From an uncultured Gemmatimonadaceae bacterium (GTDB lineage: Bacteria > Gemmatimonadota > Gemmatimonadetes > Gemmatimonadales > GWC2-71-9), in assembly GCA_964638035.1 (NCBI GenBank), contig CAZWXD010000001.1:70369-134368 (forward strand): a DNA stretch of 64,000 nt, read 5' to 3'. Positions 28,618 through 38,280 of the stretch are shown here, one piece after another. Every line of letters begins with the position of its first letter. Position 1 is the stretch's first letter. Below the pieces are notes generated by a model. The model saw only the letters and a program-made list of their open reading frames with translations. It had not been told where the DNA came from and ran no database searches. Position numbers and translations under genes: made by a program.

Positions 28618-29282
28618 GCGCCGGTGTCCTCCACCATCTGCCCGTCGGCCAGGCGGATCACCCGGCGGGCCCGGTTGGCGAGTGCCAGGTCGTGTGTGAC
28701 CAGCACGATGGTGGTGCCGAGGTCGCGGTTCAGGTCGAGCATGAGCTCCACGATCCCCTGGCCGGTGTGGCTGTCGAGGTTGCCGGTGGGCTCGTCCGCG
28801 AAGAGGATCCGGGGCCGGTTGGAGAAGGCACGGGCCAGCGCCACGCGCTGCTGCTCACCCCCGGAGAGCTGGGCCGGGTAGTGATGCCCGCGGTCGCCCA
28901 GCCCCACGCGGGCGAGCAGCTCGGCCGCGTGCCCGGCGCCATCGACACCGCGCAGCTCGAGCGGTACCTCGACATTCTCGAGTGCCGTGAGCGTGGGGAT
29001 CAACTGGAACGACTGGAAGACGAACCCGACCTTCTCGCCACGCAGCAACGCGCGCGCATCCTCGGTCATGGCGCCCAGGTCCTGGCCATCGAGGATCACC
29101 GTGCCGCTGCGCGGTCGGTCGAGCCCTGCGAGAAGGCCCAGCAGTGTCGTCTTGCCGCTGCCCGAGGGCCCGACGATCGCGAGGAAGCCGCCGTCCTCGA
29201 GGGTAAAGCTGATATCCTTCAGGACGGTGAGGTCGCGCCCGCCGGAGCGATACGCCTGCGTCAGTTGCACTGCCTGGAGCAT
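28614..29282 (-). CDS. ABC transporter ATP-binding protein (YbbA/LolD type)
   Basis: GPSGSGKTT, LSGGEQQRVALARA and LFADEPTGNLD. ATG 29282 chosen inside track ORF 28614..29549. Confidence 0.9.
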   Translation of the reverse strand: MLQAVQLTQAYRSGGRDLTVLKDISFTLEDGGFLAIVGPSGSGKTTLLGLLAGLDRPRSGTVILDGQDLGAMTEDARALLRGEKVGFVFQSFQLIPTLTALENVEVPLELRGVDGAGHAAELLARVGLGDRGHHYPAQLSGGEQQRVALARAFSNRPRILFADEPTGNLDSHTGQGIVELMLDLNRDLGTTIVLVTHDLALANRARRVIRLADGQMVEDTGA

Positions 29283-29312
29283 GAACCTTCCAGCCTGGAG
29301 TCGAGGGGCCGA

Positions 29313-29996
29313 ATGATAACGAGGTTGGCACTGGCATCGGCGCTGCTCGCCGGGTGCACCAGGGAGAGGGCGGCGCCCACCCCGACGACCACGGGCGAGC
29401 CGTCGGCCGACGCGCCAGCAGCGGCCGCCACTGTTCCCACCATCCTGTTCATCGGGACCAGCCTCACCGCGGGCCTGGGCGTCGAGCCCGGCGAGGCCTA
29501 CCCCGCGGTCATCCAGCGCAAGGTCGACAGCGCCGGCCTGGCCTGGCATGTTGTCAATGCCGGCGTGAGCGGCGAGACCTCGGCCGGTGCGCTCCGGCGC
29601 ATCGACTGGGTCCTGCGCCAGCCGGCCGCCATCGTGGTGCTGGAGACAGGGGCCAACGATGGCCTGCGGGGGCAGGATCCCGATTCCATCCGCCAGAACA
29701 TCCAGGCCATCATCGACCGCGTGCGATCACGAGACTCCACCACGCAGGTGGTGCTGGTGGGGATGAACGCGATGCCCAACCTGGGACGCGGGTATGTGCG
29801 TGGCTTCGAGGCGATCTACCCGGCGCTCGCGCGGGAGAACCACCTGGTGCTCATCCCCTCCCTGCTCGCCGGGGTCGGGGGGGTGGACTCGCTCAACCAG
29901 CCTGATGGTGTCCACCCGACGCCGCGGGGCCACATGATCATGGCCAACACGGTGTGGCAGGCGCTCCTCCCGCTGTTGGCGAAGGCCACGCCGTGA
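29313..29996 (+). CDS. SGNH/GDSL arylesterase-lysophospholipase L1-like lipoprotein (TesA type)
   Basis: Lipobox LLAGC, block I FIGTSLTAG, GANDG and DGVHP. Divergent from the ybbA-ybbP-like pair, as in E. coli. Confidence 0.8.
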   Translation: MITRLALASALLAGCTRERAAPTPTTTGEPSADAPAAAATVPTILFIGTSLTAGLGVEPGEAYPAVIQRKVDSAGLAWHVVNAGVSGETSAGALRRIDWVLRQPAAIVVLETGANDGLRGQDPDSIRQNIQAIIDRVRSRDSTTQVVLVGMNAMPNLGRGYVRGFEAIYPALARENHLVLIPSLLAGVGGVDSLNQPDGVHPTPRGHMIMANTVWQALLPLLAKATP

Positions 29997-31111
29997 GGAA
30001 CCTGCTCGCGGGAGCCTCCGCACTGGCCCTGGCCGCCTGCGGAGACGCGGCACCAGCCGCCGGGTGGCGCATCGACACCAATCCGCTGGTGGCGATCGGG
30101 GGCGTGGCCGGCGACTCGATGCGGGACCTCTCCAGGGTGGCGGGCGCGGCCCGGCTCGGCGATGGGTCGCTGGTCATCGCGAATGGCGGCACCGATGAAC
30201 TCCGCTGGTTCGATGCGTCAGGCCAACCCGTTGCGCGCACGGCGCAGGGCGACAGCCTGCCCGGGATGACGGCGCTCTACCACAGGGGCGACACTGTCTT
30301 CGTGTGGGATGCCCGCTCCCGCCGCCTCTCCAGCTGGGGCCCGCATGGCGCCTACCACGGCACGCGCGAGGTGCAGCTTCCGGGGCCGCCGCGTTCCGTG
30401 GGCCTGCGCGGGTTGCTCGATAGCGGCGCCCTCCTGGTCGAGTCGGCGGCCCCGTTGCACGTGCCCGACTCGGGTCGCGTCATCCGGAGCCCCAGTGCCC
30501 TCTTCCGGCTTCCAGCGGCGGGACCCGCCGAGAGCATCGGCACCATGATGGGGGATGAGTTCTTCGTGATGCGTGAGGGTGGCCGCGCCTCGCTCCTCCG
30601 CCTCCCCTTCGGTGCCGTGGTGCAGGTGGTTGCCGGGCCCTCGGGCTACCTGGTGAGTGATGATGTCGCGGGGGGGATCGCGCTGCACGCTCCTGGTGGG
30701 GCACTCACTGGCACCGCCAGCACGCCACCGCGGCTCCCGGTGTGGCCGGCCGACCGCGAGCGGCTGCAGCGCCTCATGCTGGGCTCGGCGCGCAGTGGCC
30801 GGGAGATAGAGGCCATCAACCGGGTATGGGCCATGATGCCAATCCCGGATTCCTTCCCTTCGGTCACTGGCCTGGTGGGCGATCCCGGTGCACTCGCATG
30901 GGTTCGCCAGGCATCCCACCTTGGCGACAGCCTGGCCACCTGGCACGTGCTGGGTACAGGCGGACGGGAACTGGGGGTGGTCCAGCTGCCGGCGCGGGCC
31001 ACACCCCTCGAGATCGGCGGGGACTACGTCCTCCTGCTGGTTCCCGATGCCGATGCCATCGAACGGGTGCAATTGCACCGGCTCCACCGCGGCGGCATGA
31101 CCGAACGGTGA
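29993..31111 (+). CDS. Hypothetical lipoprotein (beta-propeller-like)
   Basis: GTG 29993 overlaps the tesA-like stop (GTGA). Lipobox LALAACG. Confidence 0.55.
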   Translation: MRNLLAGASALALAACGDAAPAAGWRIDTNPLVAIGGVAGDSMRDLSRVAGAARLGDGSLVIANGGTDELRWFDASGQPVARTAQGDSLPGMTALYHRGDTVFVWDARSRRLSSWGPHGAYHGTREVQLPGPPRSVGLRGLLDSGALLVESAAPLHVPDSGRVIRSPSALFRLPAAGPAESIGTMMGDEFFVMREGGRASLLRLPFGAVVQVVAGPSGYLVSDDVAGGIALHAPGGALTGTASTPPRLPVWPADRERLQRLMLGSARSGREIEAINRVWAMMPIPDSFPSVTGLVGDPGALAWVRQASHLGDSLATWHVLGTGGRELGVVQLPARATPLEIGGDYVLLLVPDADAIERVQLHRLHRGGMTER

Positions 31112-31159
31112 CATCGGGCCGGAGGATGCCGCCTCCGGCCCGACGGGACAAGCGGCAGG

Positions 31160-31660
31160 CTAGCGCGAGGCGAGCGCCACGAGGCTCCGCAGCTCGGCAT
31201 CGACGTCGGCCTGGGTCACCTTCACCGGCACCGTCCAGCGGCCGTTCTCGACGGTCTTCGACGGAACCCGGACGTTGCGCACCGCGCCATCACTCACGCT
31301 CACCAGGGCGGTGACGGCGCCGTCGCCGGGCATCCCGGTGATGACGAGGACCCACTCGCCGCGCTGCGGCCAGCCCTGCCGCAGCGCCCAGGCGCCTTCC
31401 TGCGACGTGCGCTCGAGTGTCAGCGGGATGCTCGTGCGCTTTCCATCCACGATGCCCTCGGCGCGCGCCACGACCGGGAAGGCCACGGAACGGTCATGAT
31501 GGTAGGTGCGCACCACCAGGAACGCCCCCCTGGTGCTGGCATCGAGCGGGTTGGCCGGCAGTTCGATCGAGAGCCAGGGCGGGCCGGCGAAGGCAGGGGT
31601 CGTGGCGGCGGCGCTGAGTGCGAGGGCGGTGGCCATGGTGGCCAGGATGCGACGTGACAT
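31160..31660 (-). CDS. Secreted hypothetical protein
   Basis: Signal peptide MSRRILATMATALALSAAATTPAFA. Confidence 0.6.
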   Translation of the reverse strand: MSRRILATMATALALSAAATTPAFAGPPWLSIELPANPLDASTRGAFLVVRTYHHDRSVAFPVVARAEGIVDGKRTSIPLTLERTSQEGAWALRQGWPQRGEWVLVITGMPGDGAVTALVSVSDGAVRNVRVPSKTVENGRWTVPVKVTQADVDAELRSLVALASR

Positions 31661-31685
31661 GGGTTTCTCCGGTTCGAGTGGGTGA

Positions 31686-32600
31686 TCAGCGACTCGAACC
31701 TGAGATGCCGGCCGCCGCGCCCGGGTTTACCTCGACCTCCGGCTGCTTGACCAGGGTGATGCGCCCCTTGAAGGTGCGCGCAATCACCGACGCGCCGCCG
31801 TCACCGATGGACGCGCGGACCAGCGAGCCGGGATCGGCCGGGCGGGGCAGGGGCCACTCGCTGGCCACATGGCCCGCCGGCGCCGCCAACTCGAGGTCGG
31901 CACCCAGCACGACCGGCAGGCGAAGCTCGATGTCTCCCGTCATGGTCTGGACCTCGAGGCCGCCGCCCCGGGCGATCGATCCCTTCCACGACACGTTCCC
32001 CGCCGACGTCTCGATCCTCGCGTCCGTGACGCGGGCGCCGCCCACGTGGATCGCGCCGCTCACGCTCGAGGCCACCAGGTTGCCCGTGACCCCCCGCAGC
32101 GTGATCATCCCGCTCGCCGTGCGCACGTTCGTCGAGGTGACCGGGCCAACCACCTCGATGTTGCCGTCGAGCGTCTCGGCGGTGAGCCGGCGCGGGGCGC
32201 CCTCGAGGTGCAGGCGACCCCGTGATGAGGTGAACGTGAGCTCGCCCAGGAGCCCGGTCGCATCCACGCTCACGGCCACGCCGCGCACACTCACGCGTGC
32301 CCGGCGCGGGACCCGTACCTCGAGGACGGCGCTGCCGGTCGTTGCGGCGGAGTCCACCGGGCCCTCGAACGCGACCTTGGCGCTGCCATCCCGGCCACCG
32401 AGGTAGAGGTTCATCCCCGGCGGGAGGGTGCCGCTGGCGACGATGCTGTCGCGATCCCAGCCGACAAGGCTCACCGTGCCGACCACGTCGATGATGCGCA
32501 CGGCCACGTCCGGCGATGCCGCCATGCGGCGCGTCGCAACCTGGGCCTGGAGCGGCATGGCGGCCGCCGCGAACGCGAGTGCTGGTGCGAGGTGCCTCAT
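31686..32600 (-). CDS. DUF4097-like (putative adhesin, beta-helix) secreted protein
   Basis: Signal peptide; repeated G.I...G / V.....G..D motifs. Lies downstream of the anti-sigma gene. Confidence 0.6.
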   Translation of the reverse strand: MRHLAPALAFAAAAMPLQAQVATRRMAASPDVAVRIIDVVGTVSLVGWDRDSIVASGTLPPGMNLYLGGRDGSAKVAFEGPVDSAATTGSAVLEVRVPRRARVSVRGVAVSVDATGLLGELTFTSSRGRLHLEGAPRRLTAETLDGNIEVVGPVTSTNVRTASGMITLRGVTGNLVASSVSGAIHVGGARVTDARIETSAGNVSWKGSIARGGGLEVQTMTGDIELRLPVVLGADLELAAPAGHVASEWPLPRPADPGSLVRASIGDGGASVIARTFKGRITLVKQPEVEVNPGAAAGISGSSR

Positions 32601-32607
32601 GCGGGCC

Positions 32608-33126
32608 TCATGAGCGGGGCAGGCGGGAGGCCTGCCGGAGGAAGTCGAGACGCTGTCGCTCTGCACCACCCAGGAGCTGCTGCAGCATCGTGTTGGCGGA
32701 GTCGGCCGCCAGCGCGGCACGGCATTCGGCGATCACCGAGTCGATGACCGCGAGGTTCCGTTGCAGGATCGCCCGTGTCTCGGGGGACACGCCGGCCAGC
32801 GGGCCGGTGCTGTCGCCCAGCGCGTGCGCCATGTCGCCTGCGGCCCGGGCATACAGCGCGACGGCATCGGTGCCAGCGTCCACCGCGACGGCAGGCGCGA
32901 CGGGTGCGTTGCGGCGGACAAGGCCCCAGGTAACCAGCGAGGAGAGCGCCACCAGGAGGAGCGCCGCGGCCACCTGCCAACCGCGCCAGGCGAGCGGCCG
33001 GCGCGGAGGCGCGATCCGCGACCGGATGCCGGGCCACAGGTCGTCGGGGGGCTCAATGCTTCGCGGGAGGCCGGCCGTGAGCCTGTCCAGGCGCTCCTCC
33101 CCGGGGTCATTGGGCGATTCGGTCAT
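32608..33126 (-). CDS. Anti-sigma factor (single-pass membrane)
   Basis: N-terminal cytoplasmic segment, TM helix WQVAAALLLVALSSLVTWGLV. ATGA overlap with the ECF sigma gene. Confidence 0.65.
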   Translation of the reverse strand: MTESPNDPGEERLDRLTAGLPRSIEPPDDLWPGIRSRIAPPRRPLAWRGWQVAAALLLVALSSLVTWGLVRRNAPVAPAVAVDAGTDAVALYARAAGDMAHALGDSTGPLAGVSPETRAILQRNLAVIDSVIAECRAALAADSANTMLQQLLGGAERQRLDFLRQASRLPRS

Positions 33127-33653
33127 GATTCGAGTGCCTTCCTCAGCAGCCGGCGCGCCCGGAAGAGCTGCGCCTTGGATGTGCCCGGGGCGATGCCGGT
33201 CATGGTCGCGATCTCCCCGTGCTGGTACCCCTCGACGTCGTGGAGGACAAAGACCGTGCGTGCGCCTGGTGGCAACGCGGCAATGGCGGACTCCAGGTCC
33301 ATGGACGTGGCCGGGTCGGGGCTGTGCCGCACCACCTCGACCTGTTCCGGCTCCTCCACCAGGGTCACGCGACGATCCCGTCGCCATGCGGCCCGGCGGT
33401 CGCCCAGCACCACGTTCACCGCGAGCCGGTGGAGCCAGGTGGCAAACGCGCTCTCGTGCCGAAAGCTCCCCAGTTGGCGCCATGCCTGCACAAACACGTC
33501 CTGCACCAGGTCGCTGGCCCGCACGGAGTCCCCTTCCAGGCGAAGGCAGAGTGCATATACCCTACCGGCGTGGGCCCGGTAGAGCTCTCCAAAGGCATCG
33601 GGATCTCCCGCCTGGGCTCGGCGGACGGCAAGGCCATGGGCGTCCTGGTCCAC
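33123..33653 (-). CDS. ECF-type RNA polymerase sigma factor
   Basis: Region 2 (DLVQDVFVQAW) and region 4 (YQHGEIATMTGIAPGTSKAQLFRARRLL). Confidence 0.9.
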   Translation of the reverse strand: MDQDAHGLAVRRAQAGDPDAFGELYRAHAGRVYALCLRLEGDSVRASDLVQDVFVQAWRQLGSFRHESAFATWLHRLAVNVVLGDRRAAWRRDRRVTLVEEPEQVEVVRHSPDPATSMDLESAIAALPPGARTVFVLHDVEGYQHGEIATMTGIAPGTSKAQLFRARRLLRKALES

Positions 33654-33731
33654 ATCTCCTCGCGTTCACCGGTCGGGGCAGTCACCGGACATTGGATGCC
33701 GCCCGGGGCGCCCGGGTTTACCATTAGGGCC

Positions 33732-34778
33732 ATGCCAGGGCTCTCAACGCGGCAGCAACGGGCCGGCCTCCTCATCCTCGTGCTGGGGGCCGGCCTCGCC
33801 TATACCCTCTGGCCGTACTTCAGCGGCCTGCTGGGCGCCCCAGTGCTCATGGTCATCTTCGGGGGCCTGCACCGACGCCTGGCCCGGCACATCGGCGCGC
33901 CGCTGGCTGCCCTGGTGGTCATCGGCCTCTCATTCTTCCTGATCCTGCTGCCCATTGTCGGCGCCGTGACCCTGCTGGCGAACGAGGCTGGAGGGTGGGC
34001 CCGTTCACTCGTGGACAGCGACCTGCTCAACCGGCTCCGCGGGGTCGAGTTCATGGGCGTGCAGGTGGGCGACGAGGTCAAGAAGTTCAGCTCCAGCCTG
34101 CTTTCGTTCCTTGGTGGCAGCGCCCTCGGCATCGTGGGGACCGGGGCGCGGATGCTGATCCAGTTTACCATCACCTTCTTCGGGCTCTACTACCTGCTGG
34201 TCGAGCCCGACCGGGCCAAGGCCCTGCTCGAGTCGTTCATCCCGTTCTCGGCGGAGAACCGGACCCTCCTGCTGGAGCGCTTCCGCAACGTCACCGTTTC
34301 CATGCTGGTGGGGACGTTTTCCGTGGCGATCGGCCAGGGCACGATCATCGGGCTCACCTTCTGGGCGCTGGGCCTGCCCAGCCCCACCTTCTGGGGCGTG
34401 GTCACGATCATCCTGTCCATCCTGCCGCTCGTGGGAGCGGGCATCGTCTGGCTGCCCGGCGCGGCCTTCCTGATGACGCAAGGCCGCCCCGGTGCGGCCG
34501 TCGTCCTGGCGCTGGTGGGCCTGGTCATCGTGGGGAACGTGGACACGGTGATCCGGCCGTTCGTGTTCAACCGTTACGCCAAGCTGCACCCCTTCATCAC
34601 CATCATCGGCGCCTTTGCGTTCGTCCCCTCCATGGGCCTCCTCGGCCTGCTCGTGGGCCCGCTCGCCATCTCCTACTTCTTCGAGCTGGTGCGGATGTAT
34701 CGCGCGGAGTACCTGGACGCGGAAGCCAGCGCGGCCTCAGCGCTGGACGCGGTGGTCCCGCCGGCCGCGGCGCCATAG
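33732..34778 (+). CDS. AI-2E family transporter (PerM/UPF0118)
   Basis: Eight TM helices. ...ILSILPLVGAGIVWLP...VIRPFVF... motif. Confidence 0.85.
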   Translation: MPGLSTRQQRAGLLILVLGAGLAYTLWPYFSGLLGAPVLMVIFGGLHRRLARHIGAPLAALVVIGLSFFLILLPIVGAVTLLANEAGGWARSLVDSDLLNRLRGVEFMGVQVGDEVKKFSSSLLSFLGGSALGIVGTGARMLIQFTITFFGLYYLLVEPDRAKALLESFIPFSAENRTLLLERFRNVTVSMLVGTFSVAIGQGTIIGLTFWALGLPSPTFWGVVTIILSILPLVGAGIVWLPGAAFLMTQGRPGAAVVLALVGLVIVGNVDTVIRPFVFNRYAKLHPFITIIGAFAFVPSMGLLGLLVGPLAISYFFELVRMYRAEYLDAEASAASALDAVVPPAAAP

Positions 34779-36059
34779 GTACACCGGCACCCCGAGCAGG
34801 ATCAGCGCCGCTCCCCGGAGCGCGTTGGCGGGGGCGGCCAGCACCGAGCCCACCACCACGTAGAGTGCAGCCGCGACAAACAACCCGGTGCAGAGCCACC
34901 ACACCGGGGCCCGGAAGCCCTGCGCTGGTGACGCCCCATCGCGGCGCCGGTAGATGATCAGGGTGGCCGCCGTGAGCCCGAAGAAGATCCAGTCCCCGAA
35001 CACCACATAGTCCAGCAGGGCCCCGTACGAGCCCGAGAGCACCAGCACTGACGACCACGCGCCCTGCGCCACGAGTGCCACGTGCGGCGTCCGGAAGCGT
35101 GGGTGCAGGCGGGCAACCGGCTCCAGGAAGTGGCCGTCGGCTGCCATGGCCTGGCAGACGCGGGCGTTCGCCGAGATGGCGAGGTTGGCGAACCCGAAGG
35201 TGGAGACCGCGATGCCGAGGGCGATGAAGGTGCGCCCGGCAGGTCCCAGCAGGAGCTGCATGGAGTCGGCAGCCGGTGCGGTGCTGAGGGCGAGCCCTCC
35301 GGGTCCGAGGGCCCCGAGGTAGACCAGGTTGGCGAGCACGTAGACCAGCACCACGATCCCCACACCGGCGATCAGGGCCCGCGGCAGGTTCCTGGCTGGC
35401 GCCACGATCTCGGCGGCCAGGAAGTTGGTCTGCTGCCAGCCGCCGTATGCGAAGAGGACGGGAACCAGGGCCCCTGCGAGGGCCAGGGCCGGGTGGCCAG
35501 GCACCGGCGCCCCCGGGGTGACTGGCAGTGTCCCGGCAAGGCGCGCCCCGAGGCCCCAGGCGATGAGCACCCCGAGCGCCAGCAGCTTGAGCGCGGTGAA
35601 GAGGGTGGTGGTGATGGCGCTCTGCCTGATGCCGAGGACGTTCAGTGTGGTGAGCAGGACAATGGCGGAGAGGGCCAGCGGTCCGGTGAGGGCGGGGCTC
35701 GCACCTGCCACCGCCAGCGCATAGCTGGCAAACGTCATGGCGACGGCCGCTATGGCCCCGGAGCCAATCACCAGCAGGATGGTCCAGGCGTAGAGGAAGG
35801 CCGGCAGGCTGCCCCAGGTGTCGCGGAGGTACACGTACCCTCCGCCGGCCTCGGGCTGGCGCGCTCCCAGCTCGGCGAAGATGAGGGCGCCGAGGATGGC
35901 CACGACGCCGCCCAGCAACCAGGCTGCCATGATCAGCCGGGTAGAGCCGGCACGGGCGGCCACCACCGATGGGTTGAGGAAGATCCCCGAGCCGATAATG
36001 CCCCCGACCACGAGCATCGTGGCCTGGGGGAGGGTGACACGCGGGACGTAGGACGGCAT
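34737..36059 (-). CDS. APC family amino acid permease
   Basis: VVGGIIGSGIF...ELGARQPEAGGGYVY; 12 TM helices. Confidence 0.85.
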   Translation of the reverse strand: MPSYVPRVTLPQATMLVVGGIIGSGIFLNPSVVAARAGSTRLIMAAWLLGGVVAILGALIFAELGARQPEAGGGYVYLRDTWGSLPAFLYAWTILLVIGSGAIAAVAMTFASYALAVAGASPALTGPLALSAIVLLTTLNVLGIRQSAITTTLFTALKLLALGVLIAWGLGARLAGTLPVTPGAPVPGHPALALAGALVPVLFAYGGWQQTNFLAAEIVAPARNLPRALIAGVGIVVLVYVLANLVYLGALGPGGLALSTAPAADSMQLLLGPAGRTFIALGIAVSTFGFANLAISANARVCQAMAADGHFLEPVARLHPRFRTPHVALVAQGAWSSVLVLSGSYGALLDYVVFGDWIFFGLTAATLIIYRRRDGASPAQGFRAPVWWLCTGLFVAAALYVVVGSVLAAPANALRGAALILLGVPVYLWRRGRRDHRVQR

Positions 36060-36085
36060 GGTGTCTCCGCGGTGTGAGCGGGGGC

Positions 36086-36117
36086 GGAAACAAAACGGGG
36101 AGCCCGAGGGCTCCCCG
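36086..36117 (-). terminator. Rho-independent terminator after OmpA gene
   Basis: 9-bp stem CGGGGAGCC/GGCTCCCCG with loop CGAG. On the minus strand it is followed by TTTTGTTTCC. Confidence 0.65.
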
Positions 36118-36145
36118 CCTTGTCACTGGACCATCAGGTGTGTGC

Positions 36146-37567
36146 TTACTGCCCAACCACCTTCAGCACCACCCGGCGGTTCTTCTCGCGTCCGTCGCGG
36201 GTCTTGTTGTCCGCGATCGGCTCGCTCGGGCCATAGCCCTTGTACGACATGCGGGTGATCGGGACGCCCTGGGAGACCAGGTAGTCCATGACCGCCTTGG
36301 CACGGGCCGTCGACAGCCGCTCGTTGGTGCGCAGGCTACCGGTGTTGTCGGTGTGGCCCTGCACCTCGAGCATGAGGTCGGGTGACACACCGGGGAGCGC
36401 CGTGTTGATGCGCTCGGCCTCGCCCCGCAGGACCGCCCTGGCGTTCGGCGAGAGCCGCGACGAGCCGCTCGCGAACGTCACGCCGCCAAGGATCTTGAAC
36501 CCGCCCTCGTCGAAGATGAGGCGGCAACCAACCGCGTCGACCTTGTCACCCGGCTTGGTGCTCGGGCACTTGTCGCGGCTGTTCGGCACGCCATCGCCGT
36601 CGTCGTCGAGCTGGTCAGGCGAGCAACCGTTCGCGTCGACCGAGGCACCGGCCGGCGTGTTCGGGCACTTGTCTGCCGGGTTCGGCACGCCGTCCTTGTC
36701 GTCATCCGACGGGCAGCCGGTCGCGTCGACCGGGACACCGGCCGGCGTGTTCGGGCACTTGTCGAGGGCGTTGTTCACGCCATCGCGGTCATCGTCCTTC
36801 TGGGAAGCCGAGCAGCCGTTGGCGTCAACCGTCTCGCCAGCCGGGGTGTTCGGGCACTGGTCGCGCTCGTTGACGACGCCATCCTTGTCATCGTCGAGCG
36901 GCACCGGGCAGCCCTTCTCGTCAACCACGGTGCCAGCCGGCGTGGCCGGGCACTGGTCGAGCTTGTCCGGCACCCCGTCGCCATCGCTATCACGCGGCTT
37001 TTCCTTGGGGAAGAGCACGCCGATGCCGGCCTGGAGGCCCCAGTTCCCGTCCTTGTCGGCGCCGGAAAGCGCCGTCGCGGGGTTGGAGAAGTAGTCGTAC
37101 GTGCCGTCGATGCGGGCCTGCACCATGCCGCCCACGCCGAAGCGCATGCCGATGAGGCCGCTCGGGCCGCTCTCGTTGGTCTTGAGCGTCGTGCCTTCGA
37201 CCGCATCGCCCGAGTACTTGTTGTAGGCATAGCCGGCGCCGATGATGAACGCCACGGGACGCGCGTTGATGTTGTACTCGAGCAGCGCGCGGCCACCCAT
37301 GTTGGTCACCTTCTGGTCGAACCGCGCCGGATGGGTGAGGCTGGTCGAGCGGGTCGGGACCCAGTGACCCTGCGCCTCGATCTCCAGGTTGCGGACGATG
37401 AAGAAGCCGAGCCGTGCACCAGCGCCCGCCTTGTTCTGCAACTCATAGCTCGTCCCGTACCAGGTCTGGCGGCCGAACACACCGAGTTCCACCGTGCCCC
37501 CCTTCTGGGCAACGGCGGGGGCGGCCATGAGGGCAAGGGCCGCGGCGGACACGTACAACGATCGCAT
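36146..37567 (-). CDS. OmpA-family outer membrane protein with thrombospondin type-3 repeats
   Basis: Signal peptide MRSLYVSAAALALMAAPAVAQ, N-terminal beta-barrel, five TSP3-type repeats, C-terminal OmpA domain (GHTDNTGS...N..LS..RA). Confidence 0.85.
   Translation of the reverse strand: MRSLYVSAAALALMAAPAVAQKGGTVELGVFGRQTWYGTSYELQNKAGAGARLGFFIVRNLEIEAQGHWVPTRSTSLTHPARFDQKVTNMGGRALLEYNINARPVAFIIGAGYAYNKYSGDAVEGTTLKTNESGPSGLIGMRFGVGGMVQARIDGTYDYFSNPATALSGADKDGNWGLQAGIGVLFPKEKPRDSDGDGVPDKLDQCPATPAGTVVDEKGCPVPLDDDKDGVVNERDQCPNTPAGETVDANGCSASQKDDDRDGVNNALDKCPNTPAGVPVDATGCPSDDDKDGVPNPADKCPNTPAGASVDANGCSPDQLDDDGDGVPNSRDKCPSTKPGDKVDAVGCRLIFDEGGFKILGGVTFASGSSRLSPNARAVLRGEAERINTALPGVSPDLMLEVQGHTDNTGSLRTNERLSTARAKAVMDYLVSQGVPITRMSYKGYGPSEPIADNKTRDGREKNRRVVLKVVGQ
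36524..36993 (-). repeat. Five tandem coding repeats (D-x-D-x-DGV-x-[DN]-x-x-D-x-CP-x-TPAG-x-x-VD-x-x-GC)
   Basis: Repeats are visible in the translated OmpA sequence and as recurring ...ccggccggcgtgttcgggcacttgtc... DNA units. Confidence 0.7.
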
Positions 37568-37775
37568 GGATACTCCAAGACAGGGGTGCTGTGCTGATTG
37601 TGAACAAGCCGATGCACCGGCTTGCGCCGGTTTCGACCGGGACAAACATACGTGCACCATCAGATAGGTCAATAGTGCCAACGAGTTTCGTACGTGACCG
37701 TCATCACGTTGTCACGCGGTTCCGATGGGGCCCGCCGGCGCCTGGCCGGTGGCTCCAAGGCTCGGCGTGCCAGGC

Positions 37776-37804
37776 TTGACGAACAGTTCAGCCAGTGATA
37801 GTTT
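37776..37804 (+). promoter_or_regulatory. Putative promoter of MarR-dioxygenase-esterase operon
   Basis: TTGACG-N17-TAGTTT in an unusually AT-rich patch, followed by a short TTGA-TTT-TCAA inverted repeat. Confidence 0.3.
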
Positions 37805-37824
37805 AGTTCTTGATTTTCAATTGG

Positions 37825-38280
37825 ATGATGCTTATGGCGGGATACGACGGCACGGAACGGGAGCGGTTGGCGCTCCGGACCTTTGTGCGCCTGGTGCGCA
37901 CGGCCGGCGCAGTCGGGGGCGCGGTACACAAGGACCTGGCCCGACACGCGCTGACCGAGAGCCAGTTCGGGGTCCTCGAGGCCCTTTTGCACCTGGGGCC
38001 GCAGCAGCAGAACGCCCTCGCCACCCGCATCCTCCGGAGCAACGGGAACCTGACGCTGGTGGTGGACAACCTCGAGCGGCGCGGCCTGGTGCGCCGGGAG
38101 CGCGTCCCGGGCGACCGGCGATGCATCCAGGTTCATCTCACGCCCGCGGGTGAGGCACTGATGGCGGGCCTGTTTCCGGCGCATGCCGCCCGCGTGGCAG
38201 CCGCGTTCGACCCCCTGACCGAAGAGGAGCAGCGGGAGCTGGTGCGCCTGTGCCGGCGCCTCGCACAGCAGGAACCATGA
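37825..38280 (+). CDS. MarR family transcriptional regulator
   Basis: LTESQFGVLEALLHLGP...LVVDNLERRGLVRRERVPGDRR winged helix. First ATG is at 37825; the track uses TTG 37810. Confidence 0.8.
   Translation: MMLMAGYDGTERERLALRTFVRLVRTAGAVGGAVHKDLARHALTESQFGVLEALLHLGPQQQNALATRILRSNGNLTLVVDNLERRGLVRRERVPGDRRCIQVHLTPAGEALMAGLFPAHAARVAAAFDPLTEEEQRELVRLCRRLAQQEP

Noticed and set aside
33654-33731. Looked for an ECF-type autoregulated promoter (GAAC-N16-CGT) upstream of the sigma factor gene.
   Set aside because: No match with acceptable spacing was found in the 78-nt divergent region.
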